NCBI GenBank assembly: GCA_977017645.1 | Contig: OZ360233.1 | Coordinates: forward strand, 19,592,001-19,656,000 | Direction: 5' to 3' | DNA: 64,000 bases | Source: Torpedo marmorata | Taxonomy: Eukaryota | Shown: piece after piece, positions 52,531 through 64,000 of the stretch | Position numbering within the stretch: the stretch's first letter is position 1 | How the letters are laid out: each line of letters starts with the position of its first letter | Translations under genes and position numbers: made by a program | The notes under the pieces: generated by a model | What the model was told of the DNA's origin: nothing | The model's input: the letters and a program-made list of their open reading frames with translations, nothing else | Database searches by the model: none

Positions 52531-53689
52531 TTTGCAATAGGGGAATAAGTTAAAGTCATATCGATTGATAATACGCTGCTCAAGAGAGAGCTGAAACGCT
52601 GATACAGTTAGGAGTAATGGTGGTTCATGATTTGAAAACCACGAAAGCTACCCATATAATTTACACCCTCCTGGTAAAGAGCAGAGCAGGCAAAGATCAA
52701 GTGCAATAGGTGCAATGTGTTGTCAGAATGAATATTATTAAAGGAAATCTGTCTCAATGTCGTTCAGAAACATGTAACAAGAATATGTTGTTCTTATATA
52801 AATAATGGCACACAATGCTGTAATTAACAGAGAGAGAGAGGACTAGGGAGAGGTGGAAGGTACAGAAAATATATACTCTGCAATTCAAACACGAATTTTG
52901 ACAGTACAATCAAAACTAAGGAAGAATTTTTGTCAATCTAAGGTAACTGCGCATAATGAAAGATAAAGCAATGTTAATTGTATAATATATATGTTCGGGC
53001 CAATCAAACAATGAACAGAGGCAGGTTTCAATGGAACAAAAACATGATTGGTCTTCAATCGTAAATGGTGCTGCACAATGCGGAACAGGGTCTGTTGAAT
53101 ATTTGAAGAATCAGGTTTGAAGGCAGATAAAGTGAAAAGATCCACCGTCCCATAAAGCGGAATGTAGCATATAACAAAACATGTAATGCTTTGTATATTT
53201 TATAGAGCGCAATGTACAGCCCAAGCAACCTTACTGAAATATTATCACAATGAATTAAAAATAAATATGTCTCAACAATATGACACGTGCCTTGGACTGG
53301 TAGCAGAGAATGCAGTGCAATGTAAATGTTGAAGTGTCTGGTTTGATGAGATCCATTGTAATACGTAATTTGATTGCCTCTTGTTTCTTCTCCGAATTCA
53401 AAATGATAATGAGTGCGTCTGGTGAACTCAGGTGCAGTATAATATTAACTGTGACTGGGTCTGATGTTGGAAGGCCGTTCTAACGTGAATAGAGCCTGTT
53501 CTTAATATACTAATTATTCATCTTACACTCTGACCCTCTGCACTACGTTCTTGCCTGTGCAAGACAATTATCATTGTTCAACCATTGTCCAAAAGAAGAA
53601 CCGCAAATTTACAGGACGATAGAAGCATAATAGGAGCAGGAGATTATCTATCAATTGAGTCACCTCCAACTTATTATTTAATATGTCTT

Positions 53690-53860
53690 ACAAACCGGTC
53701 TCCACAACCTTCCGTGGTTGGGATTTCCAGAAATGTCAACTACCGTAGTGAATGTGATATTCCTTATCCCACTCCTGGACATTGTTCTGGACTTCGCCAA
53801 CATCGATATAATGTGGAACGCTCAATGAAGGTCGTCAGTGTGTGTAGAAGTAAGTAAGAA
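53690..53860 (-). pseudogene. Possible C-terminal half of a decayed Ig C1 exon
   Basis: 'AFHIISML..QEWDK' then, after a frameshift, 'NITFTTVV'; compare 'EWDKGxTFTCVVGH'. Confidence 0.35.
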
Positions 53861-54009
53861 GTCTCTGTGTGTTCTGGGAAAACTAATTTTACCTTTCAAA
53901 TCAAAAGCATTCACGCAGTTCACATGAGTGTAATTTTATTCACTGAAGTGCCTACAGTCCGGTGAAGGTGAGAGGGACATTAAAATGAAAATACATTCTG
54001 AACCTATAC

Positions 54010-54332
54010 AGGTATTTATGATGAATTATCTGGACTGATGTAATACGAATACGATTGGGATGCTGTGCAAGAAAACCTCTGTGATATGAAGCAAGAATTG
54101 TCCTTCCATTCAGAGGAATGGTTTATTTTGAAGGCTTCACATTCTTGACTTTCATGACGTTAACAGAGTCTGGGTCTGTTGTTACGGATCATTTCATAAG
54201 GTCGTAGTTTGCCACATGCGCAATGAAGTAGAGGCTTATTGTTTCATGAAATAGGGAGCAGCTTAGTTGAACGGACGACTCGGTTCGTATGACGGCAATC
54301 CGTGTAATGGAATTGGGAGAAAAAGCCTGCAT
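54010..54332 (-). pseudogene. Possible decayed antigen-receptor V exon
   Basis: Acceptor TTTCCCAG, then 'SSVQLSCSLFHETISLYFI', 'QRFSCTAS' and 'IRITSVQ'. Confidence 0.4.
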
Positions 54333-54649
54333 CTGGGAAAGGATATTCCTCAACAGAGATAGAAGGGAGGTGAGATGCCGGAAACCCAGTGTAACAGCGA
54401 ATTATTGTGTGCTCGGTAGTTCGCGCACCATTTGTGAATCGAGAATATGAGATTAAAAAGGCATCATTAGAACAGAATCTCTCAACACAACCCCACCTCG
54501 TTCAGCTCCTAGTCCTTGTGCACCATCCTGAATGTTTATTATTCGAAATAAATCGCAATAAATTTCAAACGAGGTGAGATGATTTGTACGTATCCCGATT
54601 GCATACGATACAATGTCGGCTGGGCTGAAGAGTCGTATGGGTTGGCTAC

Positions 54650-54870
54650 ATTGTTGTGGTAATGGTCCACCCTTTCGGAGTGAATCACAGCTTCTGGTGA
54701 TTTACTGTCCTCTCTTATTCTTTGTGCAACATTTGCCTTTCTATTCAAATTTCCCGTAAACCTGGTGACTATCCATAAAGATAATATAACTCGCCATCGG
54801 AAGGTACTGGCTCGTGGTTTATGCCGGATCAAAGAGGATTTACTTGGCAGTTAAGGAACTCTTTCGAATA
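54650..54870 (-). pseudogene. Possible decayed, 5'-truncated antigen-receptor V exon
   Basis: 'IRHKPRASTFRW..TRFTGNLNRKANVA..EAVIHSERV' resembles FR2-FR3, followed by CACAACA. Confidence 0.4.
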
Positions 54871-55055
54871 TATCCCGAATATAAAATACGAATGATACTA
54901 AAATATAGTTACACATATGGACATTCCTTTTCATGCTTACGGACAAATAATGTGACATGAGGCCATCGACATGATTAATTCATCTGTGGTGCTTCCCCTT
55001 TGAAAACCTTGAGTAACCAAACTTGGGACAGTCCCTTTAACTCACCACTCTTTAC

Positions 55056-55400
55056 CTATACTATTATTGAAAAATATATTTACATTATTCTCCTTGATTA
55101 CGGAAATGTCTTCGACCTGCAAGTGTACTCTATTTCGCTGTTCAAGGATACTGACTGATCCTCTGGGCGTTTTCAGAATTTTATGTTTACTTAGATTCCT
55201 CTGTGAGTCCTGTCGAAAGGGCGGGGCCATACATTTAAACACGGAATTGGAATAATGGAATCTAAAGCTGTCCGTCTGCTACAGCGGGTCCGAGCAGATA
55301 TCGCCCAGTGAACAGATTGGAGCCACATCGCCAGACTCAGGGAGACGGCGTAAACGCCAAGGTTGCCGGAAAATGAAGACTGACGGACAATGACTGGTAG
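55056..55400 (-). pseudogene. Decayed Ig C1-set exon
   Basis: 'PSVFIF..SGDVAPICSLGDICSD', 'PPFRQDS' and 'NSEIEYTCR', then donor GTAAAG. Length is about 345 nt. Confidence 0.5.
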
Positions 55401-55469
55401 AATTCCCCGTATATTCAAACATGCAGGAAAACAAACAAAAATGAAGAGAAAAAAGAAATCCGTTTGAAA

Positions 55470-55770
55470 TTATGATGTCTTCGTACATGATTGGTGCGTT
55501 CACTGCGGAGATCTGAGCACAGAACGGATTGCGGAAGGAGTTATCGCAGGATAATGGATCCTATTTGAAATTCTCGTCCATTTGGATCACCCTTCGATGA
55601 TGATTATGAGGTTTGAAGTTGTGACAACCTCCTCGCTCTGCCGATTATGTCAGATTACAAGCAATATATACAGAAAACATTATCTGCATGCTTTGATACC
55701 ATTCACCAGACTTTCTGTGACATTGCATAGGAGAACAAGTCCAGAGGGCTTGGCACGACAGAGAGGCAAA
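55470..55770 (-). pseudogene. Possible decayed VH-like exon
   Basis: 'LVLLCNVT', 'RQSEE' and 'FK*DPLSCDNSFRNPFCAQISAV..MY'; compare 'FKGRFTISRDNSxNxFSLQIS..MYYC'. Confidence 0.3.
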
Positions 55771-56758
55771 AGATGCAAAGATTTATTAGTCTGTATTCAG
55801 GCACGGAAATGTTAGAGGAGCAAAGAACCATCTGCTGGAGGAACACCACGCCCAGAGACAGAGCAAGATAAAAGAAAACGTTCAAATGAGCGAAGATAGA
55901 CGGTGGATAGCTCAAGACAAATGTTGCCAGAACTGTTATCTGATAATGAGAGAAGGTGACTATGAAATTGCAGACGAATTCCAAGGGGAAAGAGGAGGAG
56001 TAATAATGCAGGGCAAATCTAGGGGGGCGATAATGGAAGCAGATTGGGGGAACAGAATGTAAGAGTTGACATTCTTGACAAAGTGAGCAAAATTTGGGAA
56101 TCGGTTTCAACGGAAGTAGTTCGGGAGTGGAGAAAAGGGATTTATTCCATGGAATTGAAACATTGAATGTTTATGCAATTGGCCTGTCGATTGTGCAGGC
56201 GTACATGAGATGCTATTTCTCGAGTGGAATATCACATGATGATTTTCTCCATTGCTGAAAGAATAAACACGTTTTGTAGTTTCATAAAGTACAGAATCTG
56301 CGTCTCGAACATGAGATGACAAATGTGCAGAAACAGAAAACTTCTAATAAAAAAACGAGGGAATCCGTAAACTTTTAAAAGTTCCATGAACATCTACAGG
56401 AAGAGAAACCGTGTTTTGGTTTCAGGATAAAAATATTTCTCAGGAATGAAATGGTGAGCAAACAAGTTATAGTTGATTTGCAAAGGGGTTTGTGGTGTTG
56501 ATTTGACAGAATGACATTCAGAGCTGAGGCCAGGGTTCCCGGGGAACTCGGTGGTTTTGAACTAACCGGATTGGCACGGTACGATGGGTAGTTTGGTGGA
56601 GAAAGTAAACTTGTGGAAATGAAGTTTATTCCGGATCATTCTCTAGATGACAAATTCATGATGATCAAACAAAGCCATAAACCCGACTGACTGAAAATGT
56701 CGATTGGGTCCCTGTCCCGTGATTCGCAGATGAAGCCTATTCCTAATTTAATTTACAG

Positions 56759-57039
56759 GCACCTTCAGTCTGTCGGTAACCCAGAACCAGAAAACGAATA
56801 GCCAAACGATGTGTCAATCTCTCACCATTACCTTCCCCGATTGGTTCCTCTGGTGGTTATAATTTTACACCGGACATTTCTTCAAATCTCTCGGTCTCGT
56901 TGGCAACGAATCACGCAAGGGATTTGTAACGTCGACTGATAGAGCAGAAATCATTTTTCCTTTGGAAATTTAGGATTTAAAAGTTTAAGACAACGCAACC
57001 TGTTGCTATAAACGCAAGTACTGAATTTATGCGGGTGCA
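56759..57039 (+). pseudogene. NARTCR V pseudogene
   Basis: Acceptor TTTACAG|GC, then 'TFSLSVTQNQKTNSQTMCQSLTIT' (FR1 Cys kept), 'GGYNF..GHFFK' and 'GFVTSTDRAEIIFPLEI*DLKV*DNATCCYKRKY*IYAGA' + CAC. Collinear with the V at 12837. Confidence 0.75.
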
Positions 57040-57169
57040 CACCCAACATCATGCATCACTCCGTATATTGCCAGCAACATATGGAGTGATGAGCATTTGC
57101 AGGTAATCACCGCGGATCCATCACGGCTTGCGATGAGGATCATGATAGTTGCAGTAAACACATGTTTTC

Positions 57170-57224
57170 CTCAATGCCGGGTGCACAAATGGTGCAGGGA
57201 TCGAAAGACTGGTGTGAACTACCG
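57170..57224 (+). pseudogene. NARTCR J pseudogene
   Basis: AAT GGT GCA GGG ATC...GTGTGAACTACCG|GT, 'NGAGI..', compared with 'DGSGTAVTVTS'; about 130 bp after the V pseudogene. Confidence 0.5.
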
Positions 57225-57271
57225 GTCCATCTTTTATGTCGGCAAATGAAAGATGGGCCCTGTTTCAACAG

Positions 57272-57556
57272 ATGATGCATGGATCCGAATTCGCTAGGCG
57301 TTTATCTCGTGTTGTTTGGTCTCACCGATTGCTCCTGATTTAACGCTCATATATCACTTTGGAGATATTTTACAATCACGGCAGCTGAGTGCAGACAAAA
57401 TACCTCACATCAGTTAAAATGTATATTTTTGGCGTCCTGAGCACGATTACATGGATGCTGTCATTCACGCTCACTCCAATTTATTTTATTTAGCGATTTC
57501 CGCGAAAGATATATTTCTTTGACCGGTATTTCTGTGCAGAATATGTGGGCACTCTG
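57272..57556 (+). pseudogene. Candidate supporting-V pseudogene with heptamer
   Basis: Acceptor CAACAG|AT, 'SNLFYLAISA', then TAT TTC TGT GCA ('YFCA') and CACTCTG at 57550-57556. A LINE starts immediately after. Confidence 0.45.
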
Positions 57557-57559
57557 TGA

Positions 57560-59930
57560 GGAGCTCCAAAGAGATTGACATAGCAGGCACACGAACAACC
57601 GACGCACGGGCCATTCAAAGACCGAGGGTGACCCGAAAAGCCGACGAACCGGCAATTTAAAAATACCGGGAGATACAAAAACGCTACCCACGGGGCCTTA
57701 GAAGAAGACCTGACCACGCAGACACAGAGGGGGCTTTTGGTCAAACTAACGCGCAGGGCCCTGAGGCCTTCGCTCCTTACCATCCTCCTGCCATCGTACG
57801 ATCCTTGGAAAATAAACTGGATGAATTCAGAGCCAGATTACAGCAGCAGAGAGACATCAGGAAAATGATGTGTGATGTGCTTCACCGAAACGTGGCTAAA
57901 CGAGAACATGCCCTACGCAGCGCTACAGCTCGAGCGCTATAATCTCCACTGCGCGGACCGGACACCGGCGTCAGTCAAAACCTAACGAGATGGCGTTTGT
58001 ATGACCATCAATTCATCGAAGTGCACAAACGTGACGGTAATGTCCCAGTCCTGCTACCCTCACCTGGAATATCTGGCGATAACGTGTCGTATTTTTATCT
58101 GCCCAGGCAGTTAATCGCCATCATCGTGGTCTCCGTGTACATTGCGCCACAGGCTAACATCAGGCCAGCACTGTAGGATCTGAGCAATATGATCAGCAAC
58201 CATGAGGCAGCACACCCTGATGCCTTCCCTATCATTGCACGGGAAGTCAACCAGGCCAACCTGAAAAAGTCTTCAACGAACTCCTACCAACACGTTACCT
58301 GCAGTAGCAGATGGGCCAAAACACTTAACCACTCTACAAAGCCCTGAAGAACACCTACCGAACCATCCCACTACCGCACTTCGGCAAGTCTGATCACCTG
58401 GCTGTACGTCGACTCCCGGCCTACAAGCAGAGACTGAAGACTGCAGTTCCAGTGAAAATATAGTGGAGGGAGGCGGAGGAGCGCCTGCATGATAGTTTTG
58501 AATCGGTTGATTGGACCATATTCAAGTACTCATCCTCAAACTTGAATGAATATGCCACGGCTGTCACCGACTTCATCAAGATCTGCGTGGTTGAGTGAGT
58601 ACCCGCTCGTAAATACTGGGAGTATCCCAACCAAAAACCTTGAATTAATCAAAATATTCGCAACCTGCTGTGGCCAAGATAGATGGCGTTCAAAACTGGT
58701 GATCCGGATCTCCACAGGCAGTAAGGTACGACCTGCGGAAGCCTATCACAGCAGCTAAGATAAAATTTCGAGAGAAACTGGAGACAGACACAGATACTCG
58801 CTAGCTATGGGAGTCATTGCAGACAATTCCATTTGACAAGGCGAGGCCGAACACAGTAGTGATGCTTCACTACGCGATGAGCTGCACATATTTTATGCTC
58901 GTTTTGAGAAGGATAACTCAACGACAGCTTTGTGAATCCGTGCAAAATCTGACGACCAGGTGATATCTGTCTCTGAGGCCAATGTCAGAACTCGCCAGTG
59001 GCTAGACTTCATCAGTAGTCTGAGGAGATTTGCTATGTAACCAAAGACTCTTTCAAACTTCTACAGGTGTAACCTGGAGAGGAGTCTAACTGGTTACATC
59101 ACTGTGTGGTATGGCCTTTATCAATCATTGCATAGAATATAGGAGTTGGGAAGTGATGTTGAGATTATATAAGGCGTTGGTGCGGCCTACGTTAGAGTTC
59201 TGTGTGCAGTACTGGTCGCCAAATTGGAAAGATACCAACAGAGTGGAGAGAGTGCAGAGAAGATTTACCAGAATTTTACCTGGGTTTAAGCATCTAGTGT
59301 ACAAGGAGAGATTGAGCAGATTAGGTCTTTATTCTTTGGAGCGTAGAAGGTTGAGATATACTATTTCCGTTAAGAGTAGGAGAGATTGAAACAAGAGGGC
59401 ATGAGTTAAGAGTTAAGGGGCAGAGGTTTAGAGGTAACATGAGGGGGAACTTCTTTACTCAGAGAGTGGTAGCGGTGTGGAATGAGCTTCCGGGAGAAGT
59501 AGTGGCGGCAGAGTCAATTTTATTATTTAAGAAAAAGTTGGACAGGTATATGGATGAGAAGGAGGTGGAGGGTTATGGGAGGGTGCAGGTAGGTGGGACT
59601 AGAGAGGAGTGTTTGGTTCGGTGCGGACTAGAAGGGCCGAATGGCCTGTTTCCGTGCTGTAATTGTTATATGGTTATATGGTTAGGACAGAAGAAGAAAA
59701 ACTACAGAGAGCTGTGAACTCGGCTAGCGCCATCACGGGAATCAGTCTCAATTCCATCGAGGCCATGGATAAGAGGGAACAGCGAGAATAGAGAGAAGCC
59801 TCTATTCTCAAGGTCCCTCACCACTCAGACCTTGCCCGCTTCACACTGCTGACATCGGGAAGGGGGCTCAGGAGCGAGAAGATTTATGAATGGACAATGA
59901 ACCACGGACACTTCATCACTTTATCTTAAT
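57560..59930 (+). mobile_element. Degenerate Rex1/Babar LINE with internal deletion and a nested CR1
   Basis: 'RSLENKLDEFRARL', 'CFTETWL', 'PHFGKSDHL' and 'DASLRDEL'; resumes after about 59680. Confidence 0.88.
59108..59682 (+). mobile_element. CR1 3' fragment nested in Rex1
   Basis: 'LYKALVRPTLEFCVQYWSP', 'RGNFFTQRVV' and a (GTTATATG)n tail. Confidence 0.92.
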
Positions 59931-60293
59931 TTTGCAGTAATTTAGATTACATTGTGGCTCAGAAGTTGACTTTTAAAAAAATATAAAAAGGTGTTTGTAT
60001 TTATACGAACCTGTTTGTTTTATCACACAGCTAAATCCTCCAGTGATATAATGGCCTGCAAACCCTACCATATCTTTCCTCAAGAGCATGAATTGTGACA
60101 ATCTAACTGGCTTATCAACGCAGAGAGCAACAGACACTTGAATCAGAAAATTTCTTCAACTGGCAGGAGCATCTGCAGAAAGTGCAGCTGCACCATTAAA
60201 TATGGCGCTACTAAGCTCCACGGTAATAGGTGGCGCTGTACACTCACTCATATCCCAGGTTACCCAAATTCAATTATTTATTGCGAATGAAAT

Positions 60294-60575
60294 TGGACGG
60301 CACGGTTAGCATAGCGGTAAGCATAAAGCTTTTACAGCGCCAGCGATTGGGACCGGGGTTCAATCGCGCACTGTCTGTAAGGAGTTGTACGTTCTCCCCG
60401 TGACTGCGTGGGTTTCCTCGTGGGGCTCGTGTTTTATCCTCCTGTTCGAAACGTACCGGGGCTTGTACGTTAATTGGGTGTAATTGGGCGGCACGGGCAC
60501 GGGGGCTAAACGGCCAGTTACTATTCTGCATGTCTAAATTTAAATTTAAAATTAAATTTAAAATTTACATTTAAA
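60294..60575 (+). mobile_element. tRNA-derived SINE
   Basis: GGCACGGTTAGCATAGCGG...GGTTCAATC...TGTCTAAA(TTTAAA)n. Confidence 0.85.
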
Positions 60576-60591
60576 TGCATCTGTTTGCCAG

Positions 60592-60940
60592 ACGGGGGGC
60601 GAACATTTTGCTGATGTTTTGGCAAGAGAGCTCGTTAATCGCATGACAACCCAGCAACAACAGGAATTATCGGGGTATTGGTCGTGCTCCGATACAATTA
60701 TAAACCCACATTCAGCGAGGTGATAAGACACGCCTGACCAGGTAAAGCACACAGCGAGAAAATGATTACGATTCCAATCGATCTGCTGCCTGGAGCTGAT
60801 GTACGACGTGAATTGTGATTCGGTGTGTACCATACTTCAGTTCTTTTCTTGTGTTCTGGCCGAGGATCTTGGCTGTCACATCTATCTATTGGGCGTAATT
60901 AACCCTACAGCATCATAGGTCCTGAGATGCGGTACACAGT
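60592..60940 (+). pseudogene. Possible decayed antigen-receptor V exon
   Basis: Acceptor TTGCCAG; 'SCSDTII..' then TGA TAA (possibly a former WY) and 'TPDQ'; 'SCVLAEDLG'; RSS-like TACAGCA-21 nt-ACACAGTTT. Confidence 0.28.
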
Positions 60941-61758
60941 TTCATCACAGGTAATGAGGTGCGAATGTGCTACGTTTCCCAAAAAAATACGTGATAATTC
61001 CTTAATTTTTCATTGCACTTTTCTGCCTGATTGAGGTGAATTGTACAAAGATCAAACTAGTACAAATGTATATTACCAGGTTATAGGGAAGTGAATGTGA
61101 GGAATGGAACGGAAATGTTTTCTCCAATGGTAGTTAGAGACCTGAATGACCTTATTTATGCCTCTATACTAAGTTAGGAGAAAGTCAGTCACAGGCATTA
61201 AAAACTAAGCAAAACAAATGCACGAAAAATGTCGTCATTATCTAAGATGGCTATGTTTATCAATTGATCGAAAAGAGCAAGCTTCAGTGTGAAGCGGAAA
61301 CAGTTCTTTCTGTTCCATAATAACTGACAGTTCGTGTTGCGAATGCCTGTAACATTCCTTGTGCGTTTTAAGGCCTCTTCCGGTGTTTCGACGACTCTAT
61401 TGCTTTAGAATGCAGTAAAAGGTTGACATTACATAATTTGATGATGACTTTAGAAATTGGTAATAACTTCACTCGATCTCTAAGAAGACGGATTTTTGAT
61501 CAGGAGTCGCATTCACTTCCATCTCCTTGCACCAAACGAATAATGTGTTTGTATTCAGATGTTTACCGATTCTTGCTCGCGTTTTGATGCTTGGGCAATT
61601 GGAACAAAATATTTCGCCACTGGTCGCATACGGGCAAATAATATTTCCTTCCCTTTCACGCTTTTGCTCTCTTTCCTTCTCTATCTCTCTGCCTCTCACA
61701 CACATTAATCCTGTCTGTCTCTCTCATCTATTAATCAATCTATTCGGCTCTCTGTTGA

Positions 61759-61923
61759 NNNNNNNNNNNNNNNNNNNNNNNNNNNNNNNNNNNNNNNNNN
61801 NNNNNNNNNNNNNNNNNNNNNNNNNNNNNNNNNNNNNNNNNNNNNNNNNNNNNNNNNNNNNNNNNNNNNNNNNNNNNNNNNNNNNNNNNNNNNNNNNNNN
61901 NNNNNNNNNNNNNNNNNNNNNNN
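61759..61923. other. Assembly gap
   Basis: Run of N. Confidence 1.
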
Positions 61924-61997
61924 CCCTCTATCCACTCATCTTATTGTCCACCGCTCCACCGAATAAATCCCCCCTCGGGATCTTATATTTCCGAAGG

Positions 61998-62972
61998 TAG
62001 AACCGTAGAACCATAGAATATTACTGCACAGACACCGGCCCCTTCGGCCCTTCTAGTCTGTACCGAACAAATTGTTTTGCCTAGTCCCACTGATCTGCCC
62101 CCAGTCGAGAGCCGTCCACACCTGTCCCATCCATTTATCTGCCAACTTCTTCATAAATGTTAAACCTGAGCCCGTATTCACCACTTCAGCTGGCAGTTCG
62201 TTCCACACTCCAACCACTCTCTGTGTGAAGAAGCTTCCTCTCCTGTTCCCCCTAAACATTTCCCCTTTCACCCTTAAACATGTCCTCTGATTTGTATCTC
62301 ACCTAACCTCAGTGGAAAACGCGTATCTGCATTTGATCTGTCTCTCCCCCTCATAATTTAAAATACCTCTATCAAATCTCCCGTCATTCTTCTATGCTCC
62401 AGGGAAAAAAAGTCCTAACCTGTTTAACCTTTTCCTGTAACTCAAATCATTTAGTCCGGGCAACATCCCAGTAAATCTTCTCTGCACTCTTTCTACCATA
62501 TTGATATCTTTCCTGCAGTTAGGTGACCAAAACTGCACACAATACTCCAAATTTGGCCTCTCCAATGTCTTATATAACTTTACCATAACATTCCAATTCC
62601 TATTATGGATACTTTGATTTATGAATGCCAATATGCCAAAAGCTCCGAATCCTTGCCGCCCATTTTACACCCAATTAACCTACAACGTTCTTCGTTTTAG
62701 AAGGGTGGGAGGAAACCGGAGCCTCCGGAGAAAACCTACGCAGACACGGGGAGAACGTACAAATTCCTTACAGAGTAACGCAGGATTGGAACCCCGGTCC
62801 GGTCCCGATCGCTGGCGCTGTAAATGCATTGCGCTAACCGCTATGCCAACCGTGCCGCCCATCTGCAAACTTGCTGATCCAATTTACCACATTATCATCC
62901 AGATCATTGATATAGATTACAAATAACAATGGTCCCAGGACTGATCCGTGAAGCACACCACTAGTCACTGGC
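61998..62972 (-). mobile_element. CR1 3' fragment with a nested SINE (about 62645-62860)
   Basis: 'LYKTLERPNLEYCVQFWSP' and 'FFTQRVVGVWNELP', with the SINE on the minus strand. Confidence 0.9.
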
Positions 62973-62974
62973 AA

Positions 62975-64000
62975 TAATCTACCACGACTGGCTGGATGTC
63001 CAATCCCTTTATACCTCTATCCCCCACACAGAACGTCTGAAAGCATTTCTCTTCTTCCTGGACCAAAGACCCGACCAGTCACCTTCTACCACCACACTCC
63101 TCCGCCTGGCATAACTGGTCCTTACTCTCAATAATTTCTCCTTCAACTCATCCCACTTCCTCCAAATCAAAGGAGTAGCCATGGGTACCCGCATGGGTCC
63201 CAGCTACGCCTGCCTGTTTGTGGGCTTTGTGGAGCATTCCATGCTGCAAGCCAACACAGGCAAGACCCCTCATCTCTTCCTCCGTTATATCGACGACTAC
63301 ATCGGGGCTGCCTCATGCACCCGCGATGAGCTTGTCATCTTCATCCACTTCGCATCCAACTTCCACCACGATCTCAAACTCACCTGGTCCATCTCCGATA
63401 ACACTCTCCGCTTCCTGGATCTCTCTGTCTCTATCTCAGCAGACAAGCTTTCCACCGACATTTACTACAAACCCTCCAACTCCCACAACTATCTGGACTA
63501 CACTTCCTCACACCCTGTACCCTGCAAGGATTCCATCCCCTTCTCTCAATTTCTCCGTCTCCGCCGCATCTGTTCCCAAGATGAAGCGTTCCAGTCCAGA
63601 TCTTCTGAAATGTCTGCCTTTTTCCACAAAAGTGGCTTTCCCTCCACCAACATCAACTCAACCCTCACCCGCATCTCCTCCATTTCTCGCTCATCTGCCC
63701 TGGCCCCCTCTTCCCCCAGACACAACAAACATAGAATCCCCCTCATCCTCACCTACCACCCCGCCAGCCTCCGCATCCAACACATTATCCGGCCGGATTT
63801 CGGGCAATTACTACAGGATCCCACCACCAGACATATTGTTTCTTCTCCTCCCCTCTCGGCCTTCCGTAGGGACCGCTCCCTCCATGATTTCCTCTTGCAC
63901 TCATCCCTCCCCACCCATTGCACCCCCGTCACCTTCCCCTGTGCCCGGAGGAGGTGCAACAACTGCGCCCACACCTCCCCCCTTACCACGGTCCGGGTCC
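62975..64000 (+). mobile_element. Penelope-like element RT region, running off the window
   Basis: 'DVQSLYTSIPH', 'QIKGVAMGTRMGPSYACLF', 'LRYIDDY', 'FLDL' and 'HNYLDYTSSHP'. Confidence 0.93.

Noticed and set aside
53585-54000. Plus-strand ORF read as a V domain
   Set aside because: It lacks a proper W and YYC, and the minus strand gives better C1 motifs.

Overview
Repeat-rich vertebrate DNA, very probably from a cartilaginous fish and possibly a ray. That call is inferred from the CR1/Rex1/Penelope/tRNA-SINE landscape, the GPR139-like pseudogenes and the NAR-type V genes. The one apparently intact unit is a NAR-TCR (NARTCR) cassette on the + strand. It consists of a TCR-type promoter, a leader exon (12637-12676) and an IgNAR-like V with a 22-bp-spacer RSS (12837-13164). 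Next comes a long DGSGT-type J with a 12/13-bp-spacer RSS (13479-13571). About 2.5 kb downstream lies a leaderless supporting TCR-delta V with a clean 23-RSS (16122-16472) that splices in frame to the J. The two V domains carry the matching extra cysteines. I could not find a separate D segment. A second, decayed and compacted copy of the cassette lies at 56.76-57.56 kb. Many non-repeat stretches read by eye as heavily decayed Ig/TCR V and C1 exons (8.7-9.6, 18.1-23.4, 26.2-26.5, 52.2-55.8 and 60.6-60.9 kb); these are low-to-moderate confidence. At least four GPR139/GPR142-like GPCR pseudogenes are present. The rest is LINEs, Penelope elements, a Bel/Pao fragment, a hAT MITE, SINEs, a minisatellite and three assembly gaps. 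No TCR-delta D, J or C exons were recognised. Repeat boundaries are approximate.
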